64,000 nucleotides of DNA, from positions 4,084 to 68,083 of IMG/VR virus record IMGVR_UViG_3300047289_000053; one strand, 5' to 3'. How positions within the stretch are numbered: the stretch's first letter is position 1; each line of letters opens with the position of its first letter. Origin of the DNA: a virus. Of the stretch, positions 57,302 through 64,000 are shown piece by piece. The position numbers and the translations under genes were made by a program. The notes beneath the pieces are model-generated. The model did no database searches. It was given only the letters and a program-made list of their open reading frames with translations, and was not told the origin of the DNA.

Positions 57302-57536
57302 GGATCCAAAAGGTGGGCTTAATGCTAAAGGCGTTGCGTCATACCGACGTGAGAACCCTGGTAGTAAACTGCAGACAGCGGTGACCACTCCCCCATCTAA
57401 ATTAAAGGCGGGCAGCAAAGATGCTGCTAGACGCAAGTCATTCTGTGCTCGCATGTCAGGGGTAGATGGACCAATGAAGAAGCCAAATGGCGAGCCAACA
57501 AGAAAAGCATTAGCCCTTAATAAGTGGAATTGTTGA
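57264..57536 (+). CDS. Small basic phage protein (DUF6321-like)
   Basis: AAW.RKEGK.P.GGLNAKG.ASY..RRKSFCARM.G..W.C. Confidence 0.75.
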   Translation: MAKTAAWTRKEGKDPKGGLNAKGVASYRRENPGSKLQTAVTTPPSKLKAGSKDAARRKSFCARMSGVDGPMKKPNGEPTRKALALNKWNC

Positions 57537-57537
57537 C

Positions 57538-57681
57538 ATGAAAAAGAAACTAAATAAGTTAGGAGTAGAAAACTCTTTGTGGAATAATATCCGTGCCAAA
57601 TCCGGAAGTGGAAAGAAGCCAACTTCGGAAATGCTAAAGCAAGAAAAGAAAATTATTGCTAAAGAAAAGAAGAAAAAATAA
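57538..57681 (+). CDS. Small basic protein (47 aa)
   Basis: MKKKLNKLGVENSLWNNIRAK.GSGKKPT; fills the gap between neighbours. Confidence 0.6.
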   Translation: MKKKLNKLGVENSLWNNIRAKSGSGKKPTSEMLKQEKKIIAKEKKKK

Positions 57682-57971
57682 TGGCAGGACGCACATCTGA
57701 ATATTATAAGACTCACCCGGAGGCTAGAGCTAAACGCTTGGCTTATCAGGCTGAATATAACAAGAGAGCTGATCAATTAGAGAAACGAATTGAACTGAAC
57801 CGTGAGAACCGCAAAAGAGGGACATACGGTGATAAAAATGGACCGCACGCTGGAAAAGATCTTGCTCATCATTCTAGTGGTAGATTGACTTATAAATCTC
57901 CATCAAAAAACCGAGGAGATAAAAATGACACAAAAGGAGATGTTCGTGCTAGGGGATCAAAGAAAAAATAG
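57681..57971 (+). CDS. Basic protein with degenerate HNH-like C-terminus
   Basis: R.ELNR.NR...G.D....DLAH......S.NRG. Confidence 0.55.
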   Translation: MAGRTSEYYKTHPEARAKRLAYQAEYNKRADQLEKRIELNRENRKRGTYGDKNGPHAGKDLAHHSSGRLTYKSPSKNRGDKNDTKGDVRARGSKKK

Positions 57972-57988
57972 TATATTTGTATTGTAAA

Positions 57989-58080
57989 TGTATCACCTGT
58001 AGTGGGCGTGATATATTAAAAGATTTTTAATTGGAACACTTGTTAGTAGGGGCCACTACCCCCGAACACAAGTGTTTTTT
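57989..58080 (+). ncRNA. Structured 5' leader with two hairpins whose loops are complementary
   Basis: TATCAC/GTGATA stem with loop GTAGTGG; AACACTTGT/ACAAGTGTT plus GGGG/CCCC stem with loop CCACTAC. Confidence 0.6.
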
Positions 58081-58085
58081 GTTTT

Positions 58086-58712
58086 ATGAAAAAGTGTTAT
58101 AAATGTGGTATTATTAAATCATTATCAGATTTTAATAATAATAAAAATAAAAAGGACGGAAAGGCTAGTGAATGCAAATATTGTAAAAATAAAATTGATA
58201 GAGAGTATAATTTTAAAAACCGCAAACCTATCAAAAAATATACTTTAGAAGAAAAATCATTAGCAATAAAATTGGCCAAAAGAAAATACAAGGAGAATAA
58301 TAAAGAAAAATTAAAAATTAAAAATAGAGAGTATGATTTACGTAATAAAGAAAAAAGAAATAAACGTATAGTAGAAAGAAGAAAAACAGATTCAATGTTT
58401 AAATTAAAAGGTCTACTTCGTCATAGGATATATGAGGTTTTTAGAAAAACAAGATGGATTAAAAATAATGGAAGTAAGGCTTTACTTGGTGCAGAATATG
58501 AAATTGTAAAGTTGCATATAGAAAATCAATTTGATGAACGCATGTCATGGGATAATCATGGACCTAAAACTTGGCATATAGACCACATAATTCCTTTAGC
58601 ATCAGCTACAACAGAAGAAGAATTATATAAATTATGTCATTATACTAACCTTCAACCATTGTGGTGGAGTGACAATCTTAGTAAGGGTTCAAAGCTAAAT
58701 TTCAATACATAA
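58086..58712 (+). CDS. HNH endonuclease with N-terminal zinc finger (free-standing mobile gene)
   Basis: KKC.KC...K..F...C.YC; MSWDNHG..WHIDHIIPL..HYTNLQPLW..N; much lower GC than flanks. Confidence 0.85.
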   Translation: MKKCYKCGIIKSLSDFNNNKNKKDGKASECKYCKNKIDREYNFKNRKPIKKYTLEEKSLAIKLAKRKYKENNKEKLKIKNREYDLRNKEKRNKRIVERRKTDSMFKLKGLLRHRIYEVFRKTRWIKNNGSKALLGAEYEIVKLHIENQFDERMSWDNHGPKTWHIDHIIPLASATTEEELYKLCHYTNLQPLWWSDNLSKGSKLNFNT

Positions 58713-58748
58713 AAGTTTTATATCTTTGTGTTATAATAACATATAGAC

Positions 58749-58877
58749 ATGGCAAAGGTTACTAAGAAAACAGCGTTCAATATCAAGGAAGCAAGCAATC
58801 AAAAGTTGACAGCAACTGCACGTAAGCACTACGCAGAGAATGCTCAAGCTGCAATGAAAAACAAAAAGAAGAAATAA
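58749..58877 (+). CDS. Small basic protein (42 aa)
   Basis: MAKVTKKTAFNIKEASNQKLTATARKHYAENAQAAMKNKKKK*; follows TATCTTTG. Confidence 0.6.
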   Translation: MAKVTKKTAFNIKEASNQKLTATARKHYAENAQAAMKNKKKK

Positions 58878-58878
58878 G

Positions 58879-59142
58879 ATGGGTGTTTTAAATTATATGC
58901 AGTCAGGGCGTGCTGCAGCAGTAACGCCTTCAAACAGCGATAACATTCCAAGTATCTCTGGCGGCACAAATGATGAAGGATGTATCCTTTACATTGGTGG
59001 AGCTGGTAACTTGCGTGTGTTAACTATCGGTGGAGATGACGTAATTTTCTACGCAGTTCCAGCAGGTACTACTTTACAAGTTCGTGTTCTAAGAGTTTTC
59101 TCTACAGGAACAGCAGCTACAAACATTGTTGCTCTCTGGTAA
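58879..59142 (+). CDS. Head-spike base-like virion protein (RcGTA Rcc01079-like)
   Basis: AAAVTPS.S..LYIGGAGNL.V...G..V.F..VPAG..L.VRV.RV..TGT.AT.IVAL. Confidence 0.7.
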   Translation: MGVLNYMQSGRAAAVTPSNSDNIPSISGGTNDEGCILYIGGAGNLRVLTIGGDDVIFYAVPAGTTLQVRVLRVFSTGTAATNIVALW

Positions 59143-59306
59143 TGACAGAAGAGGATTTGAAAATAGGAATCTTAAATTCGATAACTCTTATGTTATCGTT
59201 TACCACTATAGAGGCTACTCTTCGTGTGGCGTTATTGGCTGTGTCCATAGCGTACACGGGGTTTAAGCTATATAAACTTATAAAAGAAAGAAAGAAATGG
59301 CTTTAA
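59142..59306 (+). CDS. Small membrane protein, holin-like (54 aa)
   Basis: MTEEDLKIGILNSITLMLSFTTIEATLRVALLAVSIAYTGFKLYKLIKERKKWL*; hydrophobic core with basic tail. Confidence 0.6.
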   Translation: MTEEDLKIGILNSITLMLSFTTIEATLRVALLAVSIAYTGFKLYKLIKERKKWL

Positions 59307-59584
59307 TTGACATTTTTAAAGACGATAATGAGATCAACGAAAAGTCGGTTCTAGGCTTCGCATCATTCGCAGTATTGGTGGTCTATGGATCAGTTGACAT
59401 CGTTACAGGTGCAATGCAACAGCAATTTGTTATTGAGCCCATTATTTTAGAGATTTTCGCAGGATTAACTGCAGCTTGTTTCGGTATCTCAGCATTTGAG
59501 AAAGTGAAGAACCGTGAGAACGAGACAGAAAGACAAAAAGCCCTAGGTGGCCAAATCGAGCCATATGAAGAGTCTGAAGGTTAG
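59297..59584 (+). CDS. Two-TM membrane protein, holin-like
   Basis: Two hydrophobic helices; upstream of the endolysin. Confidence 0.6.
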   Translation: MALIDIFKDDNEINEKSVLGFASFAVLVVYGSVDIVTGAMQQQFVIEPIILEIFAGLTAACFGISAFEKVKNRENETERQKALGGQIEPYEESEG

Positions 59585-60179
59585 TATTATTATGTTTGTT
59601 GTCAGCATGGTGCTTCTAGCTCTCTTAATGAGAGAAAGAGGCAAGAATGCTGAGTCAAGACCTAACGATACGATTACTGTTCACGACACAGCTTGGCAAA
59701 TTCACGATTCAATTCGGATTAAGAAAGTACCTGTATACAAAGAGGTGATTGTAGAGATAGCATCCAAACCGCAGATGCTACCTGATACAAACTATGCACG
59801 CTTAAAAGAGCAGTACATGGCTTTGTTGCAGTTATATATAAACAAAGTTGTTTACAAGGATACCATCAAAGTAGGCAATTACGGGTACATTGCTGTGTTA
59901 GATACAGTTAAAGAAAATAAAATAGCATACAGACGCACACGTGATAATTTTAATATACCAATCGTTAAGGAAACTAAAACTATTACTAAGTATGCACCAC
60001 CAGTCCGTCAATTATACGTTGGAGGTGGCGTTATGGTTAACAACACCCTTGGGATAAGAGGTGCAGAAGCTGGCTTGCTCTACAAGACAAAGAAGGATGA
60101 GATATATAATATCACAGCCGGAGCAAATCTTGATGGGACAGTAATCTATGGTGTGCATTACTATTATAAACTAAAGTAA
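59565..60179 (+). CDS. Membrane-anchored lysis-module protein (spanin-like position)
   Basis: N-terminal TM, DT-rich stalk and beta-strand C-terminus ending YYYKLK. Confidence 0.5.
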   Translation: MKSLKVSIIMFVVSMVLLALLMRERGKNAESRPNDTITVHDTAWQIHDSIRIKKVPVYKEVIVEIASKPQMLPDTNYARLKEQYMALLQLYINKVVYKDTIKVGNYGYIAVLDTVKENKIAYRRTRDNFNIPIVKETKTITKYAPPVRQLYVGGGVMVNNTLGIRGAEAGLLYKTKKDEIYNITAGANLDGTVIYGVHYYYKLK

Positions 60180-60180
60180 A

Positions 60181-61050
60181 ATGCTATTAAGAGTTGGATC
60201 GACAGGTGATGATGTAAAGAAGCTCCAAGAATTACTTGGCGTAGATGTCATTGGTAAGTTTGGGCCAAAGACTGAGGCAGCTGTGAAGGGATGGCAAGCG
60301 GCTCATGGGCTGACCCCTGACGGGGTGGTTGGCGATGCTACTTGGGCGAAGATGTTCGCACCGGTGGTTGTGCCGCCTTCTTATAATTCAGTAGTAATAA
60401 ATACTTCTGCATCATTTGCACCACCATCACCGAATGTAAGTTTACCTGTATTTAAATTAGATTCTCTTAAGGGTCACGTTCCACAAGCAGTGATTGATGC
60501 AATACCTGATACGGCTGCACGATTTGGAATTACAACATCTTTAAGACTTGCTCATTTCTTAGCTCAGTGTGGTCACGAGTCAGGAGGGTTTAAAGCTGTG
60601 CAAGAAAATCTAAACTACGGAGCCAAAGGGCTTCTTGGCATTTTTAAGAAATACTTTAAGACCATAGCTCAAGCAACAGCGTACGAGCGTAAACCTGAAA
60701 AGATTGCTAACTTAGTTTATGCGAATAGAATGGGTAATGGCGATGAGGCCAGTGGTGATGGATGGAAGTTCCGTGGACGTGGGTACATTCAGTTGACAGG
60801 TAAAGAAAACTACAAAGCATTTGATGCGACTGTTCCTGAGGATATTATAGCTACTCCGGATCTTGTAGCTACAAAGTATGCACTAGCTTCGGCAGCATTT
60901 TTCTTTAAGAAGAATAACCTGTGGTCTATTTGCGACAAAGGTAGTTCGCCAGAAGTTGTAACTTTGGTAACCAAAAGGGTAAATGGCGGTACAATTGGAC
61001 TCGCTGACCGTCAAAAACATTTTAAAGAATACTATAACCTACTAAGCTAA
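60181..61050 (+). CDS. Endolysin: peptidoglycan-binding domain plus GH19 lysozyme/chitinase-like domain
   Basis: GS.G.DVK.LQ..G.FGP.T..AVK.WQ..GL.PDG.VG..TW; AHFLAQ..HESG, ENLNY, RGRG.IQLTG..NY and T.RVNGG..GL.DR. Confidence 0.92.
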   Translation: MLLRVGSTGDDVKKLQELLGVDVIGKFGPKTEAAVKGWQAAHGLTPDGVVGDATWAKMFAPVVVPPSYNSVVINTSASFAPPSPNVSLPVFKLDSLKGHVPQAVIDAIPDTAARFGITTSLRLAHFLAQCGHESGGFKAVQENLNYGAKGLLGIFKKYFKTIAQATAYERKPEKIANLVYANRMGNGDEASGDGWKFRGRGYIQLTGKENYKAFDATVPEDIIATPDLVATKYALASAAFFFKKNNLWSICDKGSSPEVVTLVTKRVNGGTIGLADRQKHFKEYYNLLS

Positions 61051-61178
61051 TGGCAAAAGCAAAATCATCATCTGAAGCAAAGAAAATTGTGTTCGGAGTA
61101 CGTCGCAAAGGGAAGCACGCTAAAACGTCTTCACCAAAAGACAAACAAACTAAAAAATACAGAGGCCAGGGAAGATAA
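61050..61178 (+). CDS. Small basic protein ending KKYRGQGR (42 aa)
   Basis: TAATG coupling to the endolysin; followed by hairpin CAGGGAAG/CTTCCCTG and a T-run. Confidence 0.65.
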   Translation: MAKAKSSSEAKKIVFGVRRKGKHAKTSSPKDKQTKKYRGQGR

Positions 61179-61204
61179 TACTTCCCTGTTTTTATATAAG
61201 CATT

Positions 61205-61741
61205 ATGAAAGTACTATTATTTCTTGTATCGTGTATAGTTGGAATTGCAGGAACAACGCAAGGCTATTTTGTGTATTTGCATTTCTTTGATTCTGCAAAA
61301 GCTAGAGAAATTATTCTGTCTCATAACGAGAGTATTGACATCTCATCTGTACAGAATAATGTACAGATTGGTGCACTAGCTGGCAACCGTAACCTAGAGT
61401 TTGGTGTAAAAGGTATGTTAGAAGAATTCTTAGAGGAGAAAGACTATTTGCTTAATCCATACGCAACTAAGAAGATAGAGGTTGAGATATTATACTTAGA
61501 TGTTATTAAGACTCAATCTAATTTATCTGTATTCCATCGCAATAGTGATGCGGTGGTGATACGTATGCGTGGTAAATTAATTAACAACGGTAAGGTTGTC
61601 AAGACAGTTATTGTAGAAGAGTCAGCAGAAGAGGTATCGATGGCTACTCTTTTAATTGACGAGGGTGGAAAATTTAATCAAACTAATTTAAGTTCAGCTT
61701 TAAAGAAAACTTGTAACACTTTGATTAATAAACTTCTATAA
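61205..61741 (+). CDS. Exported protein with CsgG/TolB-N-like alpha/beta pattern
   Basis: Hydrophobic N-terminus; V.N....L.FGVK.MLEE.L..I.VEI..V.I.M.GKL..GKV..S.ALKK. Confidence 0.5.
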   Translation: MKVLLFLVSCIVGIAGTTQGYFVYLHFFDSAKAREIILSHNESIDISSVQNNVQIGALAGNRNLEFGVKGMLEEFLEEKDYLLNPYATKKIEVEILYLDVIKTQSNLSVFHRNSDAVVIRMRGKLINNGKVVKTVIVEESAEEVSMATLLIDEGGKFNQTNLSSALKKTCNTLINKLL

Positions 61742-63489
61742 TGAAACACCTAATTCTTGTTACCTTTTTATTTGTATTTGTAACAAACACTTATGCTCAA
61801 ACGGTAAAACTTTATTTCCCTAATGACACGAATAATGTGAACATTAGAGGTTCTGTGATTAATAAAGGAGATACGTTGAACGTAGAAGTGCACGCAGACG
61901 GTAATGGTAATCTAACTACTCGTGCTTTGTACTTTGACTTTGAGTACCCTAACAATGCCTTGCAGTTAATTAACGTAACTAATTCTAATACCATCTTGCC
62001 TGCTAACTCGCAGTCAACAATGAGCTATTATGCTTATCCTGGATACTCTTGGCAATCTACGACAGCTAACAATGTTACAGATGGAAATGTGAGGTATCGT
62101 TATTCATCTTACACGTATACGCAAGGTGGCACAAAGACTATTCTTAGGGTATACCTAAACTGGTCAGTTAACCAAGGAGGATTAGGTGTGGGCAAGTTAT
62201 TAACCTTAAAGTACAAGTTGAAGACGGATGCACCAGGATACTCTTGGGATCCGATTAGAATGAACTTTGCTGCAGCCTACAATCAAAATGGAACAGATGG
62301 ATCAACATTAATGACTACTCCACTAACGAGTGTTATTATGCTTGACCCTACGGCTAGTAAATACGTTACAGCAAGTATTGGTAACAATGCTAACGTAGAT
62401 GAATTTAGTTTACATAGAGTAGCGTTCACTGACTCAGTTACAAACCAAACTTATCTAGTGGATGCCTTGTCAGATGGAAGCATCCCAGTTGACCAAACTA
62501 GATTTAGTCCAAATACAGTTTACCACGTACGTGTTATGTTTAACATGGACAGTATTAAAGATTTAGCAACAGCGGCTGTTACTGTATCTGATTACACTAC
62601 AGCACAGGCTGAGTTTGTAACACAGAACTTAGATGGTACATTTAAGAATCAATCTATCATCACAGGGATGGGTTATTTTGCTGCAGATGTGAATAGAAGT
62701 AAGTTGTTTGATGGAGGCGACTTAGTGAGGCTATTCTCGCACGTATCAGGAGTGGACAACTTGGTTACATTACCCACAGGATACGCAGCTGGAACAGATA
62801 TGTACATGAGTGCTCCAACATTTACAGAGGCTGAGTTTAATGCAGCCTCCGCATCTTCTTGGAAGGACATTACTAAGAACTATGTTCGATTTAAGACAGG
62901 AGTGATTGGAGAGAACTTGCCGTTAAAATTACGCTTTGTAATTCCTGGTGATATTAACCGTAGCCATAGCTCTCAGGTTATTGTTGGTGGATCTATTGCG
63001 ACTAATGCAATACCTAGTTTAAAGAAAAACTTTGATGCATCTCAAACAGCAAGATTGTTAATAAACACGCCTGATGGCATTGATGTGAGTTTAAAGAATG
63101 TAACGATTACTTCTAATACAATTGATATTCCTGTTAAAATTAACACTAATACGAAACAGGTATCTGCGTTGCAGTTTGAGTTTACTTATGACCCAACTAA
63201 AGTTAAATTTGAGCAACTTATTAATGAGGTGCCAAATACTTGGTACACATTTGTGGATAACAAAGAGGGAAAGGTTAGATTTGGTTCATTAGATAAAGAG
63301 TTAAAGACTCCTATCTCAGGAGAATCTACTCCATTCAAATTACGCTTTAGCTCAATAGGTAACCCATTAGATATTAACACTTATATTAAAGTAACTCCTA
63401 ATATGGATGCAAGTTCTAAGACTGGCTATCAGTTAGGGATTAATTTATCAACCGACTCGATCAAGTTGACGGGTTATAATAACTTCTAA
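61741..63489 (+). CDS. Secreted cohesin-like / dockerin-like / cohesin-like protein
   Basis: Signal peptide ending TYA-Q; DTL.V.V..AL.FDF.Y...LQL; AADVN.S..FDGGD; GDIN.S; IPV.I..VSALQF.FTYDPT.V.F. Confidence 0.65.
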   Translation: MKHLILVTFLFVFVTNTYAQTVKLYFPNDTNNVNIRGSVINKGDTLNVEVHADGNGNLTTRALYFDFEYPNNALQLINVTNSNTILPANSQSTMSYYAYPGYSWQSTTANNVTDGNVRYRYSSYTYTQGGTKTILRVYLNWSVNQGGLGVGKLLTLKYKLKTDAPGYSWDPIRMNFAAAYNQNGTDGSTLMTTPLTSVIMLDPTASKYVTASIGNNANVDEFSLHRVAFTDSVTNQTYLVDALSDGSIPVDQTRFSPNTVYHVRVMFNMDSIKDLATAAVTVSDYTTAQAEFVTQNLDGTFKNQSIITGMGYFAADVNRSKLFDGGDLVRLFSHVSGVDNLVTLPTGYAAGTDMYMSAPTFTEAEFNAASASSWKDITKNYVRFKTGVIGENLPLKLRFVIPGDINRSHSSQVIVGGSIATNAIPSLKKNFDASQTARLLINTPDGIDVSLKNVTITSNTIDIPVKINTNTKQVSALQFEFTYDPTKVKFEQLINEVPNTWYTFVDNKEGKVRFGSLDKELKTPISGESTPFKLRFSSIGNPLDINTYIKVTPNMDASSKTGYQLGINLSTDSIKLTGYNNF

Positions 63490-63490
63490 G

Positions 63491-63853
63491 ATGAATAGAC
63501 TTATTATAGTATTATTTTTGTTATTCGTAATTTCGTGTGAAGAAATTAGCGTAGTTGAGCAGCCAATTAATCTAGGCGTTGAGTCTAAGGTAATGGTTGT
63601 TAACTCAGCAGTCGTTAAGGACAATGTATTGCACGTTAGCATTGCTACTACACCAGGGGCCAAGTATTTACTAGAAGTATATACTTTTGGAGGCAAAGAG
63701 CCTGTAAAGAAACTAGGCTTTACTGCAGATGCAGAAGTTAGTAATAAAAGTATTCCAATGGATACACTTAAGAAGGGTATGTATGATTTAAAAATCATTA
63801 ATATCTCAGGAGAAGAAATTAAAAGACCAATTAACCACAATAATTATTTATAA
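63491..63853 (+). CDS. Lipoprotein
   Basis: MNRLIIVLFLLFVIS-C-EE lipobox; C-terminal L.KG.Y.LKI beta-sandwich motif. Confidence 0.7.
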   Translation: MNRLIIVLFLLFVISCEEISVVEQPINLGVESKVMVVNSAVVKDNVLHVSIATTPGAKYLLEVYTFGGKEPVKKLGFTADAEVSNKSIPMDTLKKGMYDLKIINISGEEIKRPINHNNYL

Positions 63854-63854
63854 A

Positions 63855-64000
63855 ATGTCAGAAGAAAAAGAAGGAGGCTCAATTAAAGGAGCTATAATCG
63901 GAGGAGTAACATTGCTCATTACAACCGTCACAGGTGTGGTAGCTACTAAGTTTGAGTCTATATTTGGAGACAAAGAAGAGCCAAAGACTGAGGTGGTGCA
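63855..64000 (+). CDS. Membrane protein, 3' truncated by the window edge
   Basis: MSEEKEGGSIKGAIIGGVTLLITTVTGVVATKF... Confidence 0.6.
   Translation, partial: MSEEKEGGSIKGAIIGGVTLLITTVTGVVATKFESIFGDKEEPKTEVV

Noticed and set aside
61087-61290. 67-aa ORF from the track
   Set aside because: Out of frame with the better-supported coupled ORF 61050-61178 and crosses its terminator.
1-64000. Prophage with host flanks
   Set aside because: No integrase, att pair or run of host housekeeping genes; groEL and nrdAB sit in phage context.

Overview
The window is most of the genome of a tailed dsDNA phage of a Bacteroidota host. Host assignment rests on TAnnTTTG promoters before many genes, A-rich translation starts without Shine-Dalgarno motifs, a BT4734/VirE-type primase and a BACON-like domain. 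The morphogenesis block (7-31.7 kb, + strand) has podovirus/crAss-related order: terminase, portal, scaffold, MCP, tail tube/stabilisation proteins, GNAT and three ejection-type proteins. A leftward replication/early block (31.8-52.4 kb) carries RNR, SNF2 helicase, primase-helicase, recombination genes, a PAPS-reductase-like gene and a methylase. A non-coding control region follows (52.4-53.5 kb), then GroEL/GroES, small basic proteins, lysis genes and an exported cohesin/dockerin-like module. No DNA polymerase, integrase, tRNA or CRISPR array was seen. Main unexplained signals: (1) the 1874-aa virion gene appears multi-coding, with a nested +1-frame small basic gene (MPFKSK...) and an A12 slippery run opening a protein-like -1 frame tail; (2) a GT4-TibC/AAH-type heptosyltransferase fusion beside the tail fibre, whose original 3' end lies orphaned behind an invading homing endonuclease; (3) two homologous iteron/IHF origin-like elements and paired XerD-arm sites; (4) a kissing-loop leader before an HNH gene. 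All family calls come from motif recognition, not database searches.
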